The position numbers and the translations under genes are program-made. A stretch of 49,699 nt of DNA from Betaproteobacteria bacterium (GTDB lineage Bacteria > Pseudomonadota > Gammaproteobacteria > Burkholderiales > SG8-41), in assembly GCA_947467315.1 (NCBI GenBank), contig CANIID010000003.1, positions 1 through 49,699 of the forward strand, written 5' to 3'. Below are positions 18,099-26,007 of this stretch, piece after piece (position 1 is the stretch's first letter; each line of letters starts with the position of its first letter). The notes below the pieces were generated by a model. It searched no databases. It was not told the DNA's origin and saw only the letters and a list, made by a program, of their open reading frames with translations.

Positions 18099-19235
18099 AT
18101 GCCTCACATCAATGCACAACAACCCCTCGCCGGCATCAAGGTTCTGGATTTCAGCACCCTGCTGCCCGGCCCGCTGGCGACGCTGATCCTCGCCGAAGCT
18201 GGCGCCGAAGTGATCAAGATTGAGCGCCCCGGACGCGGCGACGAAATGCGCTCCTACGAACCAAAGTTCGGCGTGGACAGCGTTAATTTCGCGATGCTGA
18301 ATCGCGGCAAAAAAAGTATCGCCATTGATTTGAAGGACGCGAAGGCACGCGAGTCGTTGCTGCCGCTGATTAAAGAAGCCGATGTGGTGTTGGAACAATT
18401 CCGCCCCGGCGTGATGGATCGCCTCGGTCTGGGCTACGACGCACTCAATGCGATCAACCCGCGCATCATTTATTGCGCGATCACCGGCTACGGGCAAACC
18501 GGCCCGCGCGCGGAAGTGGCGGCGCACGACATCAACTATGTGGCGGAATCCGGCATGTTGTCGCTGGCGGCAGGCGAAGACGGCGCGCCGATTGTGCCGC
18601 CCGCGCTAATTGCTGACATCGGCGGCGGCACGTATCCGGCGGTGATCAATATTTTGCTCGCCCTGCGCGCACGCGACAGCAGCGGCAAAGGCTGCAAGCT
18701 CGACATCGCTATGGGCGACAATCTGTTCACGTTTTTGTATTGGGCGATGGGCAACGGGCTGGCGGCGGGCGAGTGGCCCAAGCCCGGCGGCGAGCTGGTC
18801 ACTGGCGGCAGTCCGCGTTTTTTTGTTTACCGCACGCGCGACGATAAATTTATCGCTGCCGCGCCGCTGGAACAGAAATTCTGGGAGAATTTTTGCGACG
18901 CAATTGAACTCGACGCAAATTTTCGTGACGATGCCAAAGATGCCACCGCAACCAAGCGCGCTGTCGCAAAACGCCTGCGCGAAAAAACCGCCGCGCAGTG
19001 GCAGGTGATTTTCGCAGGCAAAGATTTGTGTTGCTGCGTGGTGGCGAGCATGCAAGAGGCGCTTAACGATGCGCACTTCAAAGCGCGCGGCGTGTTCAGC
19101 CGCAAAGTCACCGTGGATGGCAAATCGGTCATCGCGCTGCCGGTGCCGGTGGCCGATGTGTTTCGCAATACGCAAACCGAGGCAGGGTATCCGGCCCTCG
19201 GCAGCGACAACAAAATTATAAATAAAAACAATTAG
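18099..19235 (+). CDS. CaiB/BaiF CoA transferase / alpha-methylacyl-CoA racemase-like
   Basis: VLDFSTLLPGP, NRGKKSIAIDLK, FRPGVMDRLGLGY and HDINY motifs. Confidence 0.9.
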   Translation: MPHINAQQPLAGIKVLDFSTLLPGPLATLILAEAGAEVIKIERPGRGDEMRSYEPKFGVDSVNFAMLNRGKKSIAIDLKDAKARESLLPLIKEADVVLEQFRPGVMDRLGLGYDALNAINPRIIYCAITGYGQTGPRAEVAAHDINYVAESGMLSLAAGEDGAPIVPPALIADIGGGTYPAVINILLALRARDSSGKGCKLDIAMGDNLFTFLYWAMGNGLAAGEWPKPGGELVTGGSPRFFVYRTRDDKFIAAAPLEQKFWENFCDAIELDANFRDDAKDATATKRAVAKRLREKTAAQWQVIFAGKDLCCCVVASMQEALNDAHFKARGVFSRKVTVDGKSVIALPVPVADVFRNTQTEAGYPALGSDNKIINKNN

Positions 19236-19247
19236 TTAAACATATTC

Positions 19248-20240
19248 ATGAAAGCACTCATCGTTACCGAACACGGCCCGCTGGAAAAACTTTCGCTGGG
19301 CGAATTCCCCGATCCCAAGCCCGGCAAGGGCGAAGTACTTGTGGATGTGCATGCGGCCAGTGTCAATTTTCCCGACCTGTTGGTGATCGGCGGCACCTAT
19401 CAAAATCTGCCGCCGCGCCCGTTTGTGCCGGGTAAGGACTTGGCGGGCGTGGTGGCTGCGGTGGGCGAGGGTGTTACGCGCGTGAAGCCGGGGGATCGCG
19501 TGCTGGCGCAGATTGAGCATGGCGCGTTCGCCGAACGCGCGGTGGTGCGCGAGGTGTTGTGTTTCGTCATGCCGACGAAGATGCGCTTTGAGGACGGTGC
19601 GGCGATGGGTCTGGTGTACCTCACCGCGCATAACGCGATGGTTGAGCGTGCGCAATTAAGGGCCGGTGAAACCGTGCTGGTCACCGGTGCGGCGGGCGGC
19701 GTGGGGCTCGCCTGCGTGCAATTGGCCAAGGCGCTGGGCGCGGTGGTGGTGGCGGCGGTGAGCTCCGATGAAAAAGCAGAAGTCGCGCGCGCAAGCGGCG
19801 CTGATCATATTGTTAGAACCGACATGCCCGACTTGCGCGAGTCATTCCGCAAACAGGTGTTCGACGCGGCGGGAAAGCGCGGCATCGACCTGGTGCTGGA
19901 AAACGTCGGCGGCGATGTATTCGACGCCAGCCTCAGAGTGATGGCGTGGTGCGGGCGACTGGTGATTATCGGCTTCGCGGGCGGGCGTATCCCCGAAGTG
20001 AAAGCGGGCTACCTGCTGGTAAAAAACATTTCGCTGATCGGTCTGCAAAGCAGCGATTACCGCGAGCGCGCACCCGAAGTGGTGCGCACGGCGTATGAAC
20101 AGTTGTTTGCCCTGTATGAGCAGGGCAAAATCAAACCGCACGTGATGGCAGCTTACCCGATGAAGGATTATCTGACGGCGCTGCACGCGGTGAAGGATCG
20201 CAAGGTGCTGGGTAAAGTGGTTATCAGTATGCGCGTTTGA
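19248..20240 (+). CDS. NADPH:quinone oxidoreductase family (MDR)
   Basis: SVNFPD, TGAAGGVG, IGFAGG and LLVKNISLIG motifs. Confidence 0.9.
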   Translation: MKALIVTEHGPLEKLSLGEFPDPKPGKGEVLVDVHAASVNFPDLLVIGGTYQNLPPRPFVPGKDLAGVVAAVGEGVTRVKPGDRVLAQIEHGAFAERAVVREVLCFVMPTKMRFEDGAAMGLVYLTAHNAMVERAQLRAGETVLVTGAAGGVGLACVQLAKALGAVVVAAVSSDEKAEVARASGADHIVRTDMPDLRESFRKQVFDAAGKRGIDLVLENVGGDVFDASLRVMAWCGRLVIIGFAGGRIPEVKAGYLLVKNISLIGLQSSDYRERAPEVVRTAYEQLFALYEQGKIKPHVMAAYPMKDYLTALHAVKDRKVLGKVVISMRV

Positions 20241-20312
20241 CACGATTTCAGGTGCAGCATATAACTCTGTTTTGTAATTCAACTCGACTAACTGAACCCA
20301 ACGGAGACAATC

Positions 20313-21077
20313 ATGTACGGATGGCGCGGACGCATAGGCTTGCTGGTTCCCTCGATCAACACCACCATGGAAACCGAGTTCTGGAAAATCGCCCCGCCCG
20401 GCGTGTCGGTGCATACCGCGCGCATCGCCGGCGGACGCCACGGCACGCCGGAAACCCTGCGCGGCATGGAAGATGCCAGCAAAGCAGCGGCGCGCGACGT
20501 GGGCATGGTTGAGCCCGATGTGGTGGTCTACGGCTGCACCAGCGGCAGCTTTTTTGAAGGCCCGACGTGGAACAAAAAAATCTGCGAACAACTCACCGCG
20601 ATCACCAAGGCGCCGACGGTCACTACCGCCGGCGGCATGGCGGCCTGTTTGCAGGCGGGCGGCTTCAAAAAAGTGGATATCGTCACGCCTTATGTTGAAC
20701 TGACCAACGAGCGCCTGAAACACTTTTTGAAAGCGCACGGCATCAACGTGGTGAAACTCGGCACCTTCGACATGCTCGACATGTTCGATCATGCCAAAAT
20801 CACGCCGGATGAAATCTACCGCAAGGTGAAGGAACTCACCTCGCCCAAATCCGAAGCCGTGTTCGTCGCCTGTACGCAATTGCGCGCGCTCGAAGTGCTG
20901 GATCAGTTGGAGCGCGATCTGGGCAAGCCGGTGTATTCGGCGGTGCAGGCGTCGGCGTGGCAGGCGTATGACGTGATGGGCGTTGATCCGCAGATACTGA
21001 ATTGCGGCAGCTTGTTGCGCAAGTTGTCCGAGCCGGGGGCTTCGAAGAAGACGGTGAAGAAGCTGCGGTCGGCGTAG
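20313..21077 (+). CDS. Asp/Glu racemase superfamily, maleate cis-trans isomerase / arylmalonate decarboxylase-like
   Basis: GLLVPSINTTME, YGCTSGS, VTPY and VACTQL; both catalytic Cys present. GGAG RBS. Confidence 0.85.
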   Translation: MYGWRGRIGLLVPSINTTMETEFWKIAPPGVSVHTARIAGGRHGTPETLRGMEDASKAAARDVGMVEPDVVVYGCTSGSFFEGPTWNKKICEQLTAITKAPTVTTAGGMAACLQAGGFKKVDIVTPYVELTNERLKHFLKAHGINVVKLGTFDMLDMFDHAKITPDEIYRKVKELTSPKSEAVFVACTQLRALEVLDQLERDLGKPVYSAVQASAWQAYDVMGVDPQILNCGSLLRKLSEPGASKKTVKKLRSA

Positions 21078-21084
21078 CAATATT

Positions 21085-21189
21085 GCTCCTTCCCCCTTGA
21101 AGGGGGAAGGTTGGGATGGGGGTGAAAACGTTGCGTGCATTGAGGCAGCGTTCCCCCACCCTGACCCTCCCCCGCAAGCGGGGGAGGGA
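21085..21189. repeat. Purine/pyrimidine-tract palindromic repeat (CTCCTTCCCC...GGGGAAGG family)
   Basis: GCTCCTTCCCCCTTGAAGGGGGAAGGTTGGGATGGGGGT ... CCCCCACCCTGACCCTCCCCCGCAAGCGGGGGAGGGA. Related copy at 29271. Confidence 0.8.
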
Positions 21190-21200
21190 ATTTTCCCGCC

Positions 21201-21722
21201 ATGATCTTCAACAGCCAAAGCGGCATCACTGACCACACACGCGAAGCCGACTGGTCGCAGTGGTACTTCGAGCACCTGCGCATCATGGCGACGGTGCCCG
21301 GTGTATTTTCCGCGCAGCGCTTCACCACCACGCATCCTGGTCACTCGCCGTCGCTGGCGATGTACGGCGTGGCGTCGGCCGATGTCTTCAAGGGCGAGTA
21401 TTACCAAAGTGTGCGCGGCATGGGCGAGTGGCTGCCGCTGATCGACAGGCAGTGGTACCGGCGCAATCTGTTCGACGGGCTCGACACGGCGCCGGTAGTG
21501 CTTGAGGATCAAGTGCTGCTGGTGGCGGATCGCGATGCGCCGGATGTGGCGTTGCCCTTGCCTTTCACGTGGCTCAAGGTGGCGGGCATCGACCGTTCGA
21601 CGCAGTATCGTGGCGTGGCGGTGGTGAACAAAAACGCTGTGCCGCCGTTGCTAAACGATGTGGCGCTCTACACGCCCGCCTCGAAACGGTATGTGAATTT
21701 GAAGGAGGAGATCAATCAATGA
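21201..21722 (+). CDS. Hypothetical protein, EthD/DUF4286-like
   Basis: WSQWYFEHL...VPGVFSAQRF...LAMY pattern typical of dimeric alpha-beta barrel proteins. Confidence 0.6.
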   Translation: MIFNSQSGITDHTREADWSQWYFEHLRIMATVPGVFSAQRFTTTHPGHSPSLAMYGVASADVFKGEYYQSVRGMGEWLPLIDRQWYRRNLFDGLDTAPVVLEDQVLLVADRDAPDVALPLPFTWLKVAGIDRSTQYRGVAVVNKNAVPPLLNDVALYTPASKRYVNLKEEINQ

Positions 21723-22684
21723 AAAAAATAATTTCTTGTTGCATCGCGGCGGCGCTGACGCTGAGCGCAGGTATGGTGTATGCGCAACAGTGGCCCGCAA
21801 AAACGGTCCGCTGGATCGTGCCGTGGCCGCCCGGCGGTGGGGCGGATGTGCTGGCGCGCATCCTGCAACCCTCGTTGAGTGACGCGCTGGGGCAAACCGT
21901 GGTGGTGGATAACCGCGGCGGCGCCGCCGGCAACATCGGCGCGGAGATCGCGGCCAAGTCGCCGCCCGACGGATACACCATCGTGTTCGCGTACTCGGGC
22001 ACGCACTCGATCAACCCGCACATCTATCGCAAGATGCCGTTCAAGGAGAGCGACTTCGCGCCGTTGATCTGGACGGCCTCGGTGCCGCAGGTGGTGGTGG
22101 TGCATCCGTCGCTGCCGATCAAGACGCCAAAAGATATCGTCGCGCTGGCGAAATCGAAACCGGATCAATTCACCTTTGGCTCCAGCGGCAACGGCGCGAT
22201 CAATCACCTGGCGGGTGCGTTGTTTGCCTCCGTAACTGGCGCGCCGCTGACGCATGTGCCGTACAAAGGCGGCGGGCCGGCGGCGATTGCGCTGATGGGC
22301 GGCGAGATTGCGATGATCTTCGGTGAGCCGGCCACAATTATTCAACACGTGAAGTCGGGCAAGATGAAAGCCATCGCCGTGACCAGCGCCAAGCGTGCGC
22401 TGGCGATGCCCGATTTGCCGACCATGCAGGAGAGCGGCATCGCCGGCTACGACGTGACCTCCTGGAACGGCCAGCTCGCGCCCGCCGCCACGCCGCCGGA
22501 AATTGTGCGACGAATCAATACCGAATTCAACCGCATCATCAGCACGCCGGAAATGAAAAAGCGCATGATCGAAAACGGCTATGAGCCGATGGGCGGCGCG
22601 CCCGAAAAGTTCGGCGAGCACATCCGCGCGGAAATCGCGAAGTGGGCGCCGGTGGTGAAATCCGCAAACATTCGAGTCGATTAG
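21719..22684 (+). CDS. Bug/TctC tripartite tricarboxylate transporter substrate-binding protein
   Basis: Signal peptide MKKIIS...AYAQ-like, IVPWPPGGGAD, DNRGGAAGNIG and HVPYKGGGP. AGGAGG RBS; ATGA overlap. Confidence 0.93.
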   Translation: MKKIISCCIAAALTLSAGMVYAQQWPAKTVRWIVPWPPGGGADVLARILQPSLSDALGQTVVVDNRGGAAGNIGAEIAAKSPPDGYTIVFAYSGTHSINPHIYRKMPFKESDFAPLIWTASVPQVVVVHPSLPIKTPKDIVALAKSKPDQFTFGSSGNGAINHLAGALFASVTGAPLTHVPYKGGGPAAIALMGGEIAMIFGEPATIIQHVKSGKMKAIAVTSAKRALAMPDLPTMQESGIAGYDVTSWNGQLAPAATPPEIVRRINTEFNRIISTPEMKKRMIENGYEPMGGAPEKFGEHIRAEIAKWAPVVKSANIRVD

Positions 22685-22693
22685 GAGAACAGC

Positions 22694-23335
22694 ATGGCAA
22701 ACGTACCAAAGGGATTACTGGTAGCCGGTTTCAACTACAGCATGGTGGATGCGGGCGAATTCAATGATTGGTATGACACCGAGCATCTGCCCGAACGGCA
22801 GCGCTGCAAGGGCTTCATTAACTGCGTGCGCTGGGTGGGCGTGGACGATCCCAAGGTGGCCATCGCCACTTACGATCTGGAATCACATGCGGTGCTGCAC
22901 AGCCCGCCGTATCAAGCGATCGGGCGCGAGAACCTATCGCCGTGGAGCAAACGCATGACCGCCAAGGCGCAACGCCTGCTGCGCGTCGAGGGCGAGCAAC
23001 TGGTGCCGGGTGACGAAGTGGCGCGCAACACCACGCCGAATCTGATGATCTTTGCGTGCAACGTCAAACCCGACGCCTTGGAGGAAGCGAAGCGCTGGTA
23101 TCGCGAAGAGCACATTCCGCGTTTGAGCAAAGTGCCGGGCTGTGTTTCCGCGCGGCATTTTATTTCGCATGCGGGCACGCACAATTGCATCGGCGTTTAT
23201 GAAATCGAAACGCCGGAAACCTGCGCGTCAGCGGCGTGGAAAGAAGCCGCCTTTACCCCGTGGACCAAACAAATGCATCCGCATCTGGGTGACGTTCTGC
23301 GCGTGGTGCTGAAACGCTATCAGCGCGCGGCGTAA
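22694..23335 (+). CDS. Two-domain EthD/DUF4286-like protein
   Basis: Duplicated motif FNDWYDTEHLPER / WYREEHIPRLSKVPG. Confidence 0.7.
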   Translation: MANVPKGLLVAGFNYSMVDAGEFNDWYDTEHLPERQRCKGFINCVRWVGVDDPKVAIATYDLESHAVLHSPPYQAIGRENLSPWSKRMTAKAQRLLRVEGEQLVPGDEVARNTTPNLMIFACNVKPDALEEAKRWYREEHIPRLSKVPGCVSARHFISHAGTHNCIGVYEIETPETCASAAWKEAAFTPWTKQMHPHLGDVLRVVLKRYQRAA

Positions 23336-23355
23336 GCTGTTCCCGCTTCGGTCAT

Positions 23356-23394
23356 AAAAAACGCGGATAGCCTGCCGGCTGTCCGCGTTTTTTT
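23356..23394. terminator. Bidirectional intrinsic terminator
   Basis: AAAAAACGCGGATAGCC-TGCC-GGCTGTCCGCGTTTTTTT between convergent genes. Confidence 0.85.
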
Positions 23395-23431
23395 GTGCGA
23401 CGATTTTATATAACTATATGTTTTTAAAGGA

Positions 23432-24205
23432 TTATTTTGTTTGCGACGAGCCGCCGTCGATGGTAATCACGCAGCCTGTGGTGTAGCCCGACGCGGGCGA
23501 ACACAGAAACGCCACCATGTTGGCGATTTCGTCCACTGTGCCGAGCCGCTCAAACGGATGATCGGTTACCAGCTCGCGCCAACGATCCGCGCTGCCGAGT
23601 TCTTTTTCCGCGCGCGCGCGCCAGCGCACCACCTGGCGATCGGTTTCAATCGCGCCGGGGTTGATGCCTATCACGCGAATGCCGTCTTGGTGACTGTCCG
23701 CGCCGAGCGCGCGCGACAATGCCATCAAGCTCGCATTGCCCATGCTGCCCGCGATGTAGCCCGATGAATGGCGCTCGCCCGCCGCGCCGATCACGTTAAC
23801 GATCACGCCGCTTTTCTTTTTCGCCATGCGCGCGTAGTACTCGCGCGTGAGATTGATAAAGCCCCACACTTTCAGATCCCACGCCTTGCGCCAGATTTTT
23901 TCGTCGAGGCTCACCACCGTGCCCTGCGGAATCGCGCCGGCGTTGTTCACCAGGAAATCGATGTCGCCGACTTCTTGAGCCAGTTTTTCGGCAGCGCCTT
24001 CCGCGCCCAGATCGCAGGGGTGGCAGGTGACGTTGACCTTGTAGGCGTCGGTAATCTTTTTCTTCGCGGCGTCGAGGTCAGCCGCGGTGCGCGACGTAAT
24101 GTGAATATTGCAGCCTTCGGACGCGAGCACGCGCGCCGCGCCAAAGCCGATGCCGCGCGAGCCGCCGGTGATCAGCGCGGTTTTGCCTTTGAGATTCAGT
24201 TCCAT
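23432..24205 (-). CDS. Short-chain dehydrogenase/reductase (atypical active site)
   Basis: TGGSRGIG, NNAG and INPG; GSMGN replaces the canonical YxxxK. Confidence 0.88.
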   Translation of the reverse strand: MELNLKGKTALITGGSRGIGFGAARVLASEGCNIHITSRTAADLDAAKKKITDAYKVNVTCHPCDLGAEGAAEKLAQEVGDIDFLVNNAGAIPQGTVVSLDEKIWRKAWDLKVWGFINLTREYYARMAKKKSGVIVNVIGAAGERHSSGYIAGSMGNASLMALSRALGADSHQDGIRVIGINPGAIETDRQVVRWRARAEKELGSADRWRELVTDHPFERLGTVDEIANMVAFLCSPASGYTTGCVITIDGGSSQTK

Positions 24206-24461
24206 GAGAGTTCCTGTGGTCGTTGAGGGAAAGGGTGGGGGTAGAGCAAGCAGAAGTCCGGAGCAGCGGCCCGGAACAGCGACGGTGGCAATCCTACCAT
24301 TTTCATTCGGCCATCGCCGATCAGGCGAAGCGGCGGCGCGGGCAGCGCGGTCAACCGCCCATGCGGTTGATGCGTTTTTGCCTCACGACCCGGCGATCCG
24401 GGCTGACAAACCCCACCCCTATTACTCACCCCTAACCCCATTGCGATACTCACCCAGGAGC

Positions 24462-24830
24462 ATGAAAATGAACAAATTGCTGTCCACGCTGATCGCTGCG
24501 ATTTTTGCAGCAACGACATTCACCGCCGCCGCTCAAGCCCCGCAACCCATAGCCCCGGCGCAACCCGCGACCCCCGCGGTGCCGGCCAAGGGTGACGCCG
24601 CCAAAGCGACCCCTGCCACGCCCGGGACACCTGCTACAGCGAGCGCGAAAGACGATACGCCGAAGGGTGACAAGGCCAAGAAAGGCAAGGCCAAATCCAA
24701 AGCCAAAAAAGGCGACGGCAAGAAATCCGACGGCAAGAAGGGCGGCAAAAAAGGCGGTAAAAAGGGCGGCGACAAAGCCGACGCCGCGCCGGCACCCGCA
24801 CCGGCACCCGCGCCGGCGCCAGCCAAGTAA
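24462..24830 (+). CDS. Small exported low-complexity Lys/Ala/Pro-rich protein
   Basis: AGGAG RBS; signal peptide MKMNKLLSTLIAAIFAATTFTAAAQ; KKGG and PA repeats; downstream terminator. Confidence 0.75.
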   Translation: MKMNKLLSTLIAAIFAATTFTAAAQAPQPIAPAQPATPAVPAKGDAAKATPATPGTPATASAKDDTPKGDKAKKGKAKSKAKKGDGKKSDGKKGGKKGGKKGGDKADAAPAPAPAPAPAPAK

Positions 24831-24876
24831 GTATCTGTAAAAAAACGCACGGGCGCACGCTGCGCCTTGGGCAAGT

Positions 24877-24908
24877 GAAGCGGGGGCAAGTCCCCCGCTT
24901 TTCTTTTG
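24877..24908 (+). terminator. Intrinsic terminator
   Basis: GAAGCGGGGGC-AAGT-CCCCCGCTTTTCTTTT (approximate stem) followed by a T-rich tail. Confidence 0.75.
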
Positions 24909-24982
24909 AGTTTCGTATAGGTTTCCCTCGTTGTGATGCCGTAGGGCAGTTGCTACACTGCCCGGGATCACAGGAGAGCACC

Positions 24983-25984
24983 ATGCCGTTCATCGCACGA
25001 AGCATTGCCATCACCACTGTCGCAGTTGTCACCACGCTGGCGCACCCTGTTACGTACGCGCAAACGCCGTCGACAGGCTCAGGACAAGCCTTCCCCGCGC
25101 GCCCGATCCGCTTTCTGGTGCCGGTGCCTGCGGGCTCCACCACCGATATCGTTACCCGCATCGTCGCGCAAAAAATGGCCGACGCCTTCGGCCAGCAAGT
25201 CGTCGTCGATAACCGCCCCGGCGGCGTGATGACCATCGCCACCGATTTGGTAGCCAAAGCCCCGCCCGACGGCTACACCATCGCCACACTGTTAACCCCC
25301 ACGGCGGTGAATCCGTATGTGCTGAAAAACCTGCCCTACAACACCGAGCGCGATTTGCAGGCGGTAAGTCAAATGGTCGCGGTGCCCGGCGTGATGACCA
25401 TGAACCCGACGGTGCCCGCGAATAACCTGAAAGAAGTTATCGCACTGGCCAAAGCCAAACCCGGTTCATTGAACTACGGCTCGCCGGGGCAGCTCACCTC
25501 CGGCCATTTGTCGATGGAGTTGTTAAAGCTCAACATGGGCCTGAACATCCAGCACATCCCCTACAAAGGCGGTGCGCCCGCGATCACCGACATGATCGCC
25601 GGGCAGATACAGTTTTTAATCAGCGGCCCGCCCGGCGTGCTCGCGCACATCAACGCCGGACGATTAAAGGCCATTGCCACCACCTCCGCCAAACGCTCGC
25701 CGGGGTTGCCGAACACGCCGACCTTCATCGAAGCCGGCGTGCCCAATTTTGATACGTCCGAGTGGTACGGCGTATTCGCCCCCGCCAACGTGCCCAAGCC
25801 CGTGCTGAACAAACTCGCCGGCGAAATCGCGCGCATTGTCAAAATGCCGGATGTGGCGGAGAAGCTTTCCGCGCAGGGGGCGATACCGGTGGGCAGTAAC
25901 GCGGATGAGTTTTCGCGCTTTGTAAAAGCGGAGATGGCGTTGTGGGGGAATGTCGCGCGGAAGATTGGATTGAAGCCGGATTGA
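24983..25984 (+). CDS. Bug/TctC substrate-binding protein
   Basis: AGGAG RBS; signal peptide; LVPVPAGSTTD, DNRPGG and HIPYKGGAP motifs. Confidence 0.92.
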   Translation: MPFIARSIAITTVAVVTTLAHPVTYAQTPSTGSGQAFPARPIRFLVPVPAGSTTDIVTRIVAQKMADAFGQQVVVDNRPGGVMTIATDLVAKAPPDGYTIATLLTPTAVNPYVLKNLPYNTERDLQAVSQMVAVPGVMTMNPTVPANNLKEVIALAKAKPGSLNYGSPGQLTSGHLSMELLKLNMGLNIQHIPYKGGAPAITDMIAGQIQFLISGPPGVLAHINAGRLKAIATTSAKRSPGLPNTPTFIEAGVPNFDTSEWYGVFAPANVPKPVLNKLAGEIARIVKMPDVAEKLSAQGAIPVGSNADEFSRFVKAEMALWGNVARKIGLKPD

Positions 25985-26007
25985 GATAAGCGGAAACTAA
26001 GGCCGCC

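Noticed and set aside
19842-21512. Long antisense ORFs (e.g. 556 aa here; also 1060-2067, 34339-35589, 35972-37225)
   Set aside because: Shadow frames of GC-rich genes; no motifs, and some read through REP elements.
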